Position numbers and translations under genes: made by a program. The notes under the pieces are model-generated. The model did not search any database, was not told the origin of the DNA, and saw only the letters and a list, made by a program, of their open reading frames with translations. Source: Octopus sinensis (taxonomy: Eukaryota). From it: a stretch of 64,000 nt of DNA. Location: contig NC_042997.1 in assembly GCF_006345805.1 (NCBI RefSeq), forward strand, positions 155,806,001-155,870,000, given 5' to 3'. Shown here one piece after another: positions 12,914-27,283 of this stretch (position 1 is the first letter of the stretch; every line of letters begins with the position of its first letter).

Positions 12914-13384
12914 CTGCAAGTAGAAGCAAAGGAAATAATAAGTACCTGTGCCTAGGAATGGACTGAAGGTTTGGGGTAATGCAATAACCTGTCTGGTGAG
13001 ACTCGGGGCTATTAAAGTTTCCAACAAAATCAATGATTCTATATTTTACTGAATTAATCTTATTGAATATTTATTGAAGCTCAACACAGAAGGAGAAAAT
13101 ATTGAAGAAATAATTCTGATGCTAATGAAATAGTAAATGCAGGATTATTTTCTGATGACGTAGGTACAATGCTTGTTGGTTGTAAAGTAAAAATTGGGAA
13201 CTTGACTGGCTAGAAATATCAGCCAAATCGCAAATCACACCCTATCATTTAAAGAAGTGGACACATTGGATAAAAATAGATTGACAAAACTGGAATATAA
13301 TTAATCAGGGGTTTGGTGGATCAGTGATAATCTTATGTTGAACAATGACACTAAGAGAGATACTAGCAAAGATAAAAAGTGAAA

Positions 13385-13595
13385 GTGGTTAGGGTGTTGC
13401 ACTGATGATTGCAAGATCATGGTTTCAATTTCTTCAGTGGGCAATGCATTGTGTTCTTGAACAAAACACTTCATTTCGTGTTGCTTCAGTTCACTCAGCT
13501 GGCAAAAATGTGTAACCTTGTGACAGACTGATGTCCCATTCAGTGGAAGTGTTGTGATCTTGGTCACTAATGCCATGGAAACCAGAAACCAACAC
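13385..13595 (+). mobile_element. Third SINE-like family copy (tRNA-like head, gtgttcttgaacaaaacactt central motif)
   Basis: gtggttagggtg (A-box-like), ggtttcaatttc (B-box-like), central motif resembling V-SINE/CORE-type domains. Confidence 0.5.
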
Positions 13596-16500
13596 AATCA
13601 ATCCTAGGTGTCAGTAATATCCAGGAGTTGATGATGGTGATGAAGATGTAAAAAAAGAAAGCTAGTTGCAGAATAAATAAAAGACTGAGATATAATGAAA
13701 TCCAAACAAATAAATAAACCTTCATGTGAGGTATGAAAACTTTTTCTAGCCGCAGGCTTTATGAGAGATTGCTTGCTATAAATCATGTCATACCACTAAA
13801 ATAATAATTTAACATCTCATGTAGTATGGAATATACTATAATATATAAACACTAAGCTAAACATAAAAATTTAATCAAGAGAAAGTGTAAGAGAACGAGA
13901 GAGAAAGAAATTGTTTAAATTAAGAGAAATTAAGAAGAAATTGTTTAAATTAAGAGAGGCCTAAAAATTATCATTTACTTGTTTCATTCATTTAACCGTG
14001 GCCATACTAGGGCATAACCTTGAAGAATTTTTAGTTGAATAAACTGACCCAATTACTCATTTTTTAAGCCTGGTACTTATTCTATCAGTCTCTTTTGCTA
14101 AACCATTTAGTTATGGGGATGTAAACACACCCACTACTGGCTTTTTTCAGTTTCCGCCAACTAAATCCACTCACAAGGATTTGGTTGGCCAGAGGTTATA
14201 GAAGAAAATACATGCCCAAGGTGTCATGCAGTAGGTCTGAACCTGGAACTATGTGGTTGGGAAGTAAACTTCTTACCATATAGCCATGCCTGCACCTGTG
14301 CACGTGTAACCAGGTGTTGTTTATCAAGTGAATTCCTTACCCACACATTTATTACTCGTGTCTTATGATTGCAAACTTGAGAAAGTTGCAGAAAGAAAGA
14401 GGAAAGCTCTTGAAATTTTGCCACTGCTACCACCTCCACAATAACATTAATGACAATAAAAATGATTTTAATAATTTTAATAATCCTTGATCTCTCATTT
14501 ATCTTTTACTTGTTTCAGTCATTATACTGCAGCCATGCTGGGACACTGCCTTGAAGGTTTTAGCTGAACAAATCGACCCCAAGCTTGGCACTTATTGTAT
14601 TGGTCTCTTTTGCCAAACTGCTGAGATACAGGGATGTAAACAAACCAACACCAGTGGTCAAGCAGTGGTGGAGGACAAACACACTCACACACACATAAAT
14701 ACAAGCTTCCATAGTTACCATTTGCCAAATTCATTCAGAATGAATTAGTTGGCCAAGGGCTATAATAGAAGAGATTTGCTCAAGGTGCCATGCAGTGAGA
14801 CTGAACCCAAAACCATGTGGTTGCAGAGTAAGCTTCTTAACCACATGGCCCAATATTGTTCAGGCAGTTTCCAAATGTAACAAGGAAATAAGTATATAAA
14901 TCAAATGAAAACAGTTGAGGATGAACAGAAAAGTGTTTATAAGTTTGAAAATCTAACTTAAGCCAACGTATTAATCTCAAGCAGGAAGTGAGAATACACA
15001 GAAGGGAAACATAAATTTGCAGAGGCTAGCTATACATATTGTCATGTGGGACTCTATTAATAATATAAGCAACAATCCTCTATAATTATCTGTCACCCTA
15101 CTTTATAGTTTATTTAAGCTCATCTTAGTAGGAAATTGAAGTAAATCTTACAGTAGCTAGTTATTTTACTTGGCTCTGAAATACATGGAATTATAGAAAA
15201 GCACTAATGACTAATTGACTGCTTCTTGAGTCATTGATTCTTTTTTCTTCTAATAATATATTTTGTTTTACAGGTTGGATTTAGGTGTTTATAATATTTG
15301 GTCAGATTGCTAATTATTAACAATTTCGTCAGACTAATAATTTAGCACACTGCTCACGAAAAGCTGAATATCTAAATATATATAAATATAAAATATATAG
15401 TATGTTATAAAGAAAAAAATTGAATCTGAGGAAAGTTATGGTTTTGCTATGAAAAATAGTAATTGGGGATAATTAAGGATTTTTTATAACATATGAAATG
15501 ACATTATTCATGTCAGAATCAGTAAAACAGAAAATTTATCACCTTTGCTATAAAGTCACAACCAACTGCCATAGCAAATACATTTGAAAATACGTTTTTA
15601 ACGCTGTTAGAGTTGGACAACTGGTTTAGCATATAAAGATAGAATGATGTTCTATGTGCAGCATGGTAGTGACCTTAAAAACTAGGAGATTAAGAATACT
15701 AAAATAGAATCAAAATACTTTCTCAGACTCTTTCAGTTTGATAATAAATAACATTTCAAAAATCTTTCTGCTTTTATTCAAATAAAAGCCAAACACAAAG
15801 CAGCTGGCTTTCACATTTGAGAAGGTAAAACGTTGACTCAAAAAAAAAAAACACTAACAGACTGCATTGAAAACAATTTTAAAGTTAAGTTACTTTATAA
15901 TTTTAAGCAAACAGACCCAATATCCCAAGTTAATACTTTTAATAGAGTTGATATAAATTGCAGGTTACAGTGGTAATTTTAGTGAAGAAAGAGTGCTGTG
16001 CACTTACGACTTACTTGCATCAGAGCACTGATTGATTAAAATAGGACATCATGTAAAGTTTAAGAGTTTAAAGCAATGTTTTCATTTTGGTTATTGGAAC
16101 AAATACATTGAAATTTTCATCAAAAGCTGAAGTGCAGTAATCTCAGCAAGATTACAAAATTGTTATTTTTTGGCTTAGAATTTCAGAGATAATGATTTTG
16201 AAAACTTTAAAAATAAGCAAAATCTGATGTAGTAATAGATTAACTTCCTTTAGAAATACACAAATTCGAATCAAACACAATAGGAGTTAATGATGTAAAA
16301 ACATTTTGAAATAGGACTAGGAGAATTTTTTTTTTTTTTTGACAATTTGTTTATTCAGATTTACATCAATCACTGTAAGCTAACAACTAATTATTCACCA
16401 AATGTTAACTTCTGCAAAGCTATTAAGCACAAAGTATATTTATCAAACTCCTACTGCTTCTATTTTTGATGCTAATATCCCAAGAGATAAACTGAACCGC

Positions 16501-16946
16501 TTCATAACAAAGTGACAAAGTGGTTCATTTTATAACCTGCTCAAAACAAGTTCTATGTTTCTAATGAGACAGTTACATGAAAATTATTTGCATATCTTTT
16601 TGTCTAAATGACAACATAATATCAAAGAGAAAATAATTCTTTAAATTAGTATGTCATAAATCCTATTTATCCATTTATCTAAGTAAGCTTGCTCAGACAT
16701 GACCTCAACAATAATTACTTAACCAAATTTAAACACTCTTCTTTATACTACTGCTGCTTCTTTCAAACATCCTTTCTGCTAAAGCTCTCATATATAACCT
16801 ACTGACTCACCTCTTTTATGCTGTTTGTCATAGATATTGAACTGAACAAATATTTATTGCTGCTAATAAAGCTTTACATATTTCAGGGACCATTAGTATA
16901 TTAGCAGGATATTTACACACATTAGAAATGAAAAAAAAAAAATTAC

Positions 16947-17151
16947 CTCTTCAATAGGATCATGTTGAAGTTGCTGTACAGCAATCCAATAGAGTGACTG
17001 TTCTCGGTTGGCTTTATTGGACGGCTCATCCAGTGGGTATGTTGAACTGGATTCCATGACTAGGGCCAAATTATCCAACCGGTTATCTACAGTGACACCA
17101 TTTTTATGGATTACTTTCCAAAGTGGAGCAATCCCACCGCAATGTTTTTCC
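16947..17151 (-). CDS. ZMYND19: ZMYND19 coding exon (205 nt, phase 2 to 0): (W)[68 protein letters not shown]; HNH-like motif
   Basis: Lies inside ORF 16893..17195(-). Acceptor ttgttttccag|G, donor GAG|gtaatt. Matches recalled human [10 protein letters not shown] and [20 protein letters not shown]. Phase fits both neighbouring exons. Confidence 0.96.
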
Positions 17152-17668
17152 CTGGAAAACAAGTAAATTTGAAAAATAAAACAATTACCGAACACAAACT
17201 GAAATTCCTTATCTAATAACCAACTAAATTTTACTTCAAATTTTACAATTCACGAAGTGTTTATCTAACGCTATTTTATTTCTCTGCACACCACAAGTTT
17301 TTGACAAGATTTTGTATAATCCAATTATTTTAGGTGTATATGAAATGGCTTCTAAACTGCTAAGTTTAAGTAATACAATTCACAACACTCTAAAGAAACT
17401 GCAGATAAAAGTTTACAATAATCTTAACATAAAATGAAACCCTTCTCTTACAAGTTTTTTAGGTAAACAATACAAATCCCCATTAATAAACAGAAATGTT
17501 ATTGAAAAAAAAATTGACTTAAAGACTGGAGATGTCAAGCTACAAACATACTACCACCATGAAGTTTTGGTATTTATTTTTCACACATAGTTTGACCGAG
17601 CATGATTATATTTATTCTTTTACATGTTTCAGTCATTTGACCGTGGCCATGCTGGAGTGCCACCTTAA

Positions 17669-17879
17669 CCCTTTCGTTACTATATTTCTGTTGAGATGCT
17701 CTGTGTTTCTTTCAATTACTTTAAATATAACAAAGAATTTAATAAAATAACTTAGTTATCATTCAGCTAGTGTTAGGAACATAAATTGTGACTAAGGTTT
17801 GGTGGAAGATTTTAATTCAAAACTTATGAAAACAAGACATTTGTACTACAGAGCCAGAGCCGGGTTGGTAACGAAAGGG
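17669..17879. mobile_element. piggyBac-like MITE, family 1, nested in a SINE
   Basis: TIR ccctttcgttac ... gtaacgaaaggg with TTAA at 17665-17668 and 17880-17883; interrupts a SINE-B copy. Confidence 0.88.
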
Positions 17880-18669
17880 TTAAAGGGTTTTAGTTGAAGA
17901 AATCAACCCCAGATATTTAAGAAACTTTTTTAACTTATTTAATGTGAATAAAATATGAGAAAGAAAAACCCCCAGTTTTTGTAGAGCAAAAACCAAGGTG
18001 GATTAATGAATGCATAAAAGTTGCATTGAAAATAAAGATTTTGTTAAACAATGATGAAGTATCTGTTATGGATTATGAACTATCTTACTTCAGTGTAACT
18101 TACATTAGTAAGACTTTTGCAGCTGCTTTTAGCTTTTGTTTGAGAAATTTACCGAAATGTTAACCTTTTTGATACCAACTCACATGAGATTGCCCTTGGT
18201 TCTATGGTTCAAACAATCAGCTTAGTTGCATTCTTCGTTCTTTTCAAAATTAAGCAGAAGAAAAACTACATATTTTACCAGAAATATGGTAACAATATGT
18301 TATTTCAGCACCTACCACCTAATAACTAATTTGGAACAGTACAGCCGATACACATACAACATCCTAGACTGTAACCAGAGAGGAGCCACTTTGAATGGCA
18401 TAAATCACTCAGACATGCTCCAGTTTCCGGTTAACAGACAGGGTGATTCTCCTCTCTGTCCCTTCTATCACTACTATAATTGCCTCAGAGTTGGTTGGTC
18501 ATATCTCCACCACTAAGGTACTTCTGACCTCTTTGCTTTTACATCTCATCACCCTTGATGCATCAAAGCCCTCGCCCTTTACTAGCCACTATGCCCATGG
18601 ATCTCTTGAATCTTCTAATATCCTTCCTACTCATATCTCTTTTGCAGGTGTTAACCAGCAATAGTGTAA

Positions 18670-19035
18670 ATGGAACATTAACAATATCAACAATATCAAG
18701 TACCTTGGATCGTAGATTGACCTGCTGTGCTTGAGGAGACCTATTGTGTCAAGTACATCAACATCAAAATAAATATCAAATGGAAATTGTAGTTGTGATA
18801 CCTGTGCTCGTGGCACGTAAAAAGCACCAACCTATCGTGGCCACTGCCAGCCTCCCCTGGCACCTGTGCCGGTGACACGTAAAAAGCACCCATTACACTC
18901 TTGGAGTGGTTGGCATTAGGAAGGGCATCCAGCTGTAGAAACACTGCCAGATCAGACTGGAGCCTCCTGGCTTCCCAGACCCCGGTCGAACAGTCCAACC
19001 CGTGCTAGCATGGAAAACATGTGAAACGATGATGA
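18670..19035 (+). mobile_element. RTE-type LINE 3' UTR copy
   Basis: Reverse complement of much of 4935-5250; ends gctagcatggaaaac...gatgatga. Confidence 0.78.
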
Positions 19036-20438
19036 AGCCCACTGGTCTAGCAGAACCTGCAAAAGTATGGGGTACTGCTCCTTTCTCCAGCCTCAGCAGG
19101 TAAAAAAAAAAAGTGACTAGTAAGGAAGGAGAAAGCTACGATATGAGATAATAAAACTAGCTTTATGTAAGTTAATTCATCCTGGAATTCACCATGATTT
19201 AACATCCACTTTTCCTTGCTTACGTGAGCCAGATTTTCTATATGATACCTGTCCTGTTGCTTTCTTTCACTTATTTCCAAGCAGAGTAATATTTACATTT
19301 GGCTAGACATGTTTTTTTATAGAAGACTGGAAATGAATAGCATCACTTGTATGATGGATGTACCTCACTCTTTTACAACCATCACATGTCTGTCAAGACA
19401 AGGGTGCATAAACATATTTAGATATATATATACAATGGGCTTCTAACAGTTTCTGTCTACTAAACCTATTTCCAAAGCATGGGTCAGCCTGGGGCTATAG
19501 CAGAAAACAACTTCCTAAGTTTGCTGCACAGGACTGAATGAGATCACATAGTTAGAAAGCAAGATTTTCAACTTAATTAGAATTTGGCTTGAAAATGTTT
19601 TTGAAATTTAAAAAAAAAAAGACAAAATCTATTTTTATGAAATGTAAAGATATTTTTAATATAGGATGGGTCATCAAAGACAAAGAAAAAAAAAATACAA
19701 CCGAATAAAGTTAAACTTTCAAAAAGCTGTCTTGCCTTCTTTCAAAAATAATGAAAAGTAATTTCCATTGTAATAAATTTCTGTAAGAACAAAGATTAAT
19801 ACATTTTTGAAGGAAATTCCTTTCATTTCTAAATTTCTTAGAAAATAAATCTGGAACACTAAAAAGAGGAATATTGATCAATTATAATATTAATCAATAA
19901 TATTCTGTCTAATGCAGAAGCTTTTTTATTTAAAAAAAACTTTAGAATCATAAAAAAAACGATCGGAGTAAAACAACGATAGTCTGTCAGCGAAATGAAT
20001 TTGTTTTTTTTGTTTAGGCCCAGGTCACTTTTGACGGAATAGCAAAAGCATTTAGTAATGACCATCCTGTCTTTTTTTTTTTTTTCAATGTAACTATAGT
20101 TATATTTATCTCCATTTTCCTTTGAAAGACACCACAACAGGGTGTAATTCAAAAAAACAACACAAAGTCTTCAACAACACAAACACAGATGACTAAGAGT
20201 AATTTTGATAAGAACTTAGATAATTATAGCATTAAATAAAGAAAGTGGCCAACACAATACTTTCTTTAAAGAAATACGGCTTTAAGTTAAAGACAACCTG
20301 GCAGAAAAAGCGTTTTCAGGTCTATTTTCACAAGGGAGACAACTGCTGTTATCTTGATATCAAAATGAACCGATGAAAACTGAAAACTTGATAGAATGTG
20401 ATTCTTAACATGAAAAATGATGTAGAATTTCTAACTTA

Positions 20439-20606
<168 letters not shown>

Positions 20607-22129
20607 TTAAATTGTAACACACACACACACACACACACACTTTAAAATAATCAACATTATAAGTATTTGAATAACTTGCAGATTGTTAGGATAGCAATAA
20701 TGCTGTCTCACTTGGAATTCAGTACAGATTTTTCACACAATCTAATAATACATCTTTGCAAAGACAATTTTGTTTGTGAGGACCAGACACTTAAATTATT
20801 TCGCATAACAAGAATAAACAAAAATGACAGTTACATCAGCAGAAATAATTAAGACAAATTATGTTTTATTTATTTCTGTAGATAAGAGAACTGTTTCCAA
20901 GTTATGTAGTTTGATTTGCAACCGCATGTTTCTAGTTCGATTCCACTGACAGGATATCGAGCAGGTGTCTTTGACTGTAGCCTTAGGCTAACCAATGTCT
21001 TGCGAGCACAATTTGATAGACAGAAACTGACCAGAATCCTATTGTATGTGTGTGTGTGTGTGTGTGTAAATGTTCATCTATGTCCATACTTATGCATTTA
21101 CTGTCTAAAGACTGGTGTAGTTGATATTAGTGTCTCTTTGAGACCTGTAAATTAGCAGTTCACAAATAGAGACTGATAAAATAAGTATGTTAGTGAAATA
21201 AATACTGGATTGATATGATCAATTAAACAATACATATTCTTTTTCTGGTTTCAGTCATTGAACAGGGGCCATGCATGAGAAATGCTTAGTTAATCATACT
21301 GATCATGCACGTTATCAGAGGTAATTAAGTAGGCTGAAGTGAAGTTGGGCATTTGAATATAAAATACTGTGCCAGAAAACCCAGCCAATCCATGCTAGCA
21401 CTAAAAAGAGAATGTCAAATGATTTTATATATATTTATATATATATATGGAAATTTGCTCTTCATATATTGCATATATGATTAATAACTTGAAAGCTTTT
21501 TAGCTAATTTCAGATTAAATTGGTTAAAAGGTTTTATGAGGCGTGTGTGTGTGTGCATATGCACATGTATGTATAAATTATTAAATACCTCAAAAGGCAT
21601 CTACCTGGAACAACAAAAAGTGGACACATTCTATGATGCCAACCTCCTATATGATGGAAACCATTATTAACAATTATGCGAGGGTGGTTGGTGAGCAGGT
21701 AGAATCTTTAGAGTATCAGAATTTTTCCCTTGCAGTATTTACATTCCAAGTTCAAATCCCACCAAGGCCATTCTTTTACCTTTCATCCTTTTGAGGTCAG
21801 TAATATGAAGTACTGAGGTCAATAGTAATGACTAAACCCTCCCCCCGCAAAACTCTTAGCCTTGTGACTAAATTAGAAACTTATTAAAAATCAATTATCT
21901 TGTATCTTAATCTCACATTAGCGATCATCAATATGGACTGCAGAAAGGGAAGATTTGGCTATGTGACATGAATCTGAAAGTAATCACAAGTAAAGCCAAA
22001 CTACTGCATTTCATGAGAGCTAGCTAAGCCTTTAGCAAATTGTGGTGTGAAAATCTCCTGGTCAAGCCTTTTTAAGGATTATACTGATTAGTTAATCATT
22101 GGGATTTAAAGCTACTTCATGGGTCTGCA

Positions 22130-22560
22130 ATAATATATCTGCTTATGTATAAGTTTCTTTTAGTTTCCTATGCTTTCCTTATCACATGATAGATTCTCTT
22201 CTCTAAATCAATTACCTGCTGTCACTCATTTCTGCACAGATGACACAACTCTTCCTATTTCTCTTTATCCTTTAAAGCCAATGCTTTGTGCTGCAAATAG
22301 CAGCAGTTCTCAGCAGATACCAACCTCTTCCATTAACATGATGCTGTGCCACAATATCTAGTGGGAATCTGACAATTTCTGTTGTAGCATAACTAAATGC
22401 AACTCACCATTCCTCAATTGCGAGTGGGACAACTTTGCACAGGAATCTCTGCTTGAGCTATTCCTCCCAAGGACACATGCTAGAACTCATCTTCTACGGC
22501 AGCCACTTCTGAAAGCCACATTTGCAAAATGATTTGAACTACTTCAAAGCACCTAGTTCC
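22130..22560 (+). mobile_element. Decayed CR1/L2/Jockey-type LINE 3' fragment
   Basis: FCTDDTTL (YADD-like RT motif) in ORF 22170..22361 and an FLPRT ... DLNYFK-like C-terminal remnant near 22460-22550. Confidence 0.4.
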
Positions 22561-25500
22561 CTCTTTAGAGCCAAGTAATATTACAGCTTTGAGGAGATAC
22601 TGACTCATTAAAAATCCCAAGTAAGATCCAGAATGGAGTATTGATGGCTATCATTGATAATTCATCTCCTTTCATTAGTGGCATCATAGAGAGGTCTGAT
22701 CAATCAGTTGACATGAAGGTTAAACAACAACAAGCATCAAAGACTACATGCAGTATAAAAAAAAAAACAAACTCATTCACTATACTTTACTTCTTGTCAA
22801 AATGTCAATAATCACATCATCAGATTGAATTTGCACCATTGCATCTAACATAAAAAAAAAATCCTGATCTGTGAATTTTGCTAGCTGCACTCCAACAAGT
22901 TCACTATACTCATACTCTCTCCTGTTTCCTAACATCTGTACTGTTTTTCATCACAAATCTTACAAGGGAAGCATCACATGCAGACCTTTCAATCCAAAAG
23001 AATAGTATCCATATCAATTTCTCATTCTTGGCTATTTCTGGATTACCCCACCCCACTTCCAAAAAAATCTTAGGAGTAAAATTCAGGTATGAAGAAACTG
23101 ATGAGGATCTTCATTGGTAACAATAATAAAAGTAAATCCAAAGGATAGCTTGTTGAGTATCAATAATAGGTTTGGTTACCAGAACTATCAATAAATTCAG
23201 GTGAGGTTTCAAGTCACATGCCTTTCAACTGAGTGTCAAAAAAGAAAATGTGTAACCAATCTTAAACCTTTCTATCATATCTTTGATCCACAGAGGTAAT
23301 ATATGAAATTTACTTCTAGAGCAAAATAGAAATCAAAATGCAAAATCATACTCACAAAAGTAAGTAAATCTGATGCTACTAGATTTAATGTCAATCAAGT
23401 TAGAGATTTGGCAAATGAAATGGAACCCAGGAGTGAAAAAGTAGTAGTGGTAATGATGAACTGTAATAAAACATTGAATAGAAAAGCATCTGATCCAATG
23501 CCAAGTGAGAAAAGTAGAGAACCACAATTTCGCTGAACTACTACTAGCTGCTGGCTTATCAACTAACTATGTAGCAAATATTTCAGAAACACAATAGGTT
23601 GTTGCGATCATACACTAACAATATATTGAAAGATTTTAATGGGTGATATTATTCTGGTGCTGTACAATGATACTAAAATATGGAAACTACTGAAAGAATA
23701 CTTCAAACTAGGAGTTTATATTGTTAATACACTGCTCTATATAGATGATTCAATTATAATATGAAGACAATTATTATTTCAGTTTCAGGCTGAATTCTTT
23801 CTTTGCAAAACTACTGTCAGATGTAATTTTGAATAATGTTAATTAAAGTAAAATGGTAAACAACATTTCTGGATAAATTAAGGTTGTTTAATTGTATAAG
23901 ATTTCAACACTAACAATTAAATTAATTAACAACTACAAACATAGGTGAAGGCATTGTCATTTGATTAAGAAGTTTGCTTCACACCCTCAAGGCTTCCAGG
24001 ATTGATTCTACAGTGCAGCACCTTGGAAAAAGTGGCTGCTATCAAAATCTTGAGTTGACCAAGGCCTTGTGAGTGAAATTATGTAGATGGAGACTGTGAG
24101 GAAGCCTGTTTGTTTATCAGCAAGAGATTGCTGTTAAATTGGTGCATGGGACAAAAGTATTTTGTGGCATTTAGACTAAGTTACAGCCTTTTATGCCAAA
24201 GTGGACTTGATTATATGATAGAAATTGAGAAAATAAGTACCAAAGTACTAGGGTTAAAATGATCAACAAAGATCCTCAAAAGGTAATACTCCAGTATGGC
24301 CCTTGATGAAAATAAAAAGAAGGGTGAGCCTACACAACTAAGTTGGCAGATGCTTGAACAGTCCAATATTATTAAAATTGTTTTTACAGCATCTTATTGA
24401 TCCTGTGTCTAAACACCTCAATGATGGCGAAAAGCTTACTGGGTTATCAACCAAACATGCTGAGACAAGCAGAGTTATGTACATTGTGTCTAAGGTTGCA
24501 TCCCATGTTCATGACACAATGTTGGTGTAGAAGTTGCTCAACCTGTTTAATGTAGCTGTAAATTCTCCCGTTTACAGGGATATTTAGCTACTATATTAAA
24601 CTGGTTGTATAACTTTGGCTGTAGTAGAAATAGATCTCACAGACTTATTGACCACCTGATCAATAGCCTTGAACTACCATTGAGCATAATTGTTATTAGT
24701 TCTGTTACTAAAAAGAAAGACTTGATGAAAGATAGAAGTTGAATGTTTAGATTTAGATCAAATCACAGCAAAATCAACAACATACTTCATTCTGTTTGAG
24801 CTCAATTTATAAAAGATTACAAAAAGCTGGACTCTGTTTGGTGAACTGTCTTTCTTAGTGGATTACTCTAACGAGCCATCTGATATATTTGAAACTTGTT
24901 TCAAATTTAGACAGTAAGCACAGGCATGGATGTGTGGCTAAGAAACTTGCTTCTCAACCATGTAGACTTGGATTTACTCCTATTGCAAGGCACTTTGCAT
25001 AAGTGTCCAAAGACATATGCTCTAAGCTGTCCAAAGCCATATGTGGATTTGGTGGACAGAGACTAGAAACCTGTCGTAAATGTATAAATATGTGTGTGCG
25101 TGACATGACATGATGGTTGCAAACAAGCGTCAATATCATAAAAGCAATGTCGTTCATTTCTAGTCTTTAGTGAAAAACATGTCTGGTTATGGGGAAATAT
25201 TACTTTACCTGGAAACATGTCAGAGTTGGAAAAAGGAAGGACATCAGGCCATAGAAAATCTATCTCAACAAAATTGCTGAAGCAATCATCATTTTTACAG
25301 TTCTATTTTTGTTCTTTTTTTGTTGTCATGCTTACATGCGCTGGACAGGTTTCAAATCATCTCATCTCTTGACCAAACCCTTTGTCCCAGCTTCTCCAGC
25401 AGTTACTTCCTATCACCAACCACATTACGGCATGGGCTAATTGCATTTTATCAGGTTATCAGTACATCTTATCAGGCTATCAGCACATTAGTCTGTGGCA

Positions 25501-26684
25501 AGACTAATGACTCACCACTGTCTTGTATCAGTTATTTAGAGTTACTGCAATCCTAGATGAGTTGCTTGTGATAAAAATTACCAAATTACAGATCCACATC
25601 TGTTTGTTTTCTCCTTCCTTTAAAGAATTACTTTATGAAATTAACATTTAAAATGTTACACATTCTTGTTAAGTTGATCAATTTTAAACTAGAAATATGA
25701 CAAAGAGAAGGATAGAATGAATGGTATGTGTGTGTACACACACACAAAATTAGGAAAAATTCAGCCCTTCATATAACTGCAGTAAATTTTATAACTTCAT
25801 ATGAGTAACATAATTAAAATTTTCTTGACTATTAAGTTCATCTTTTGTACTTTCAATCGCACATTTCAGCCAGTTATATCTTCAATTACTGCCATCTGTC
25901 CATTTCTTAAATATGCACATTGTTCTATGCCATACTTGAACTCAGAACCTTTATACATAAATGAAGGCTGTTAACAAGCTACAGAGTATTATTAAGCTCA
26001 TTTACTAAGTTGATTAGGATATTTACTAATAACCTTTATTTTAGAAATAAAGAATCAAAATTTAGATCTAGTCTGTGTCAATGCACTTATCAAGGAACAG
26101 AACATCTGATGATTGATTTGAGGGCAAGTCAATCAAAATTTTGTGATCGAGGTTAATAACCTATAAAATTTTAATTATCACGATACCTTGTTTAGATATA
26201 ATTCTCTAGAATGTAGAATAACATTCGAGAAAATTGATAAATAATAACCAATAAGCAAAGATAATAGGTTGCAACAATGGATCTCTAAAATTAGTAACTC
26301 CTGCCAGAGGTTGGTAGCAGGACTCTAGTGGTGATAGACTGCCTATAGCATAAAGGTAGATTTAATCTCAATAAATAAACATATCAGAACAACTATATTG
26401 TAAAATAAGAGACTTATCCTAGTTACATCCTAGCCAACCACATGAGTGTGATGTTTTCAAAAGGTGTGAGGAGGGATATATGATTTATGGGATGTGCACA
26501 AGAAAATCATGTATCACCACAACAACACAACCAATATCAACAAGCCAATGAGTGAGCCTCTCTGGCCTTGCTCAATCAACTAGAAATAACAGTAAAAATC
26601 TTCCTCCAATCATACCGTCTTCATAAAGGAAATATCAGATAATATAATTAGATGCAGTATGTCAATAATAATAACAACAACAAT

Positions 26685-27283
26685 TTCAAATTTTGGCACA
26701 AGGCCAGCATTTTTGGGGGAGAGGTAAGTTAATTACATCAACTCCAGTGCTCAACTGGTACTTATTTTATCAATCCTGGAAGGATGAAAGGCAAAGCTGA
26801 TCTCAGAACGTGAAGACAGACAAAATGCCGCTAAGCATTTTGCCCAGCATACTAATGATTCTGTCAGTTTGCTACAATAATAGTAATAATAATCCTTTCT
26901 ACTGGAGGCACAAGGCCTCAAATTTGTGGGGAAGGAGATTAATCGATTATGGTGCCCCCAGTGTTTCACTGGTACTTAATTTATCGACTCTGAAAAGATG
27001 AAAAGCAAAGTCGACCTCGACATGATTTGAACTTAGAACACAGTGATGGGTGAAATATCGCTAAGCATTTTGTCCAGAGCGCTAATGATTCTGCCAGCTT
27101 GCCGCCATAATAATAATAATCCTTTCTACTATAGACACAAGGCCTGGTACTTAATTTATTGACCATGAAAGGATGAAAGGCAAAGTTGACCTTGGCAGTA
27201 TTTAAAATCAGAATGTAAAGACGGATGAAATGCTGCTAAGCATTTTCCCTAGCATGCTAACGGTTCTGCCAGTTTGCCACCTT
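26685..27283 (-). mobile_element. Tandem array of three SINE-A copies
   Basis: Three ggcacaaggcc ... ctgccag units separated by (AAT)n spacers. Confidence 0.82.

Noticed and set aside
22791-22844. Possible small minus-strand exon (ttag|ATGCAATGG...CAAGAA|gtaaag)
   Set aside because: No similarity to ZMYND19 or any protein I recognise, and its phase does not fit the downstream exon.
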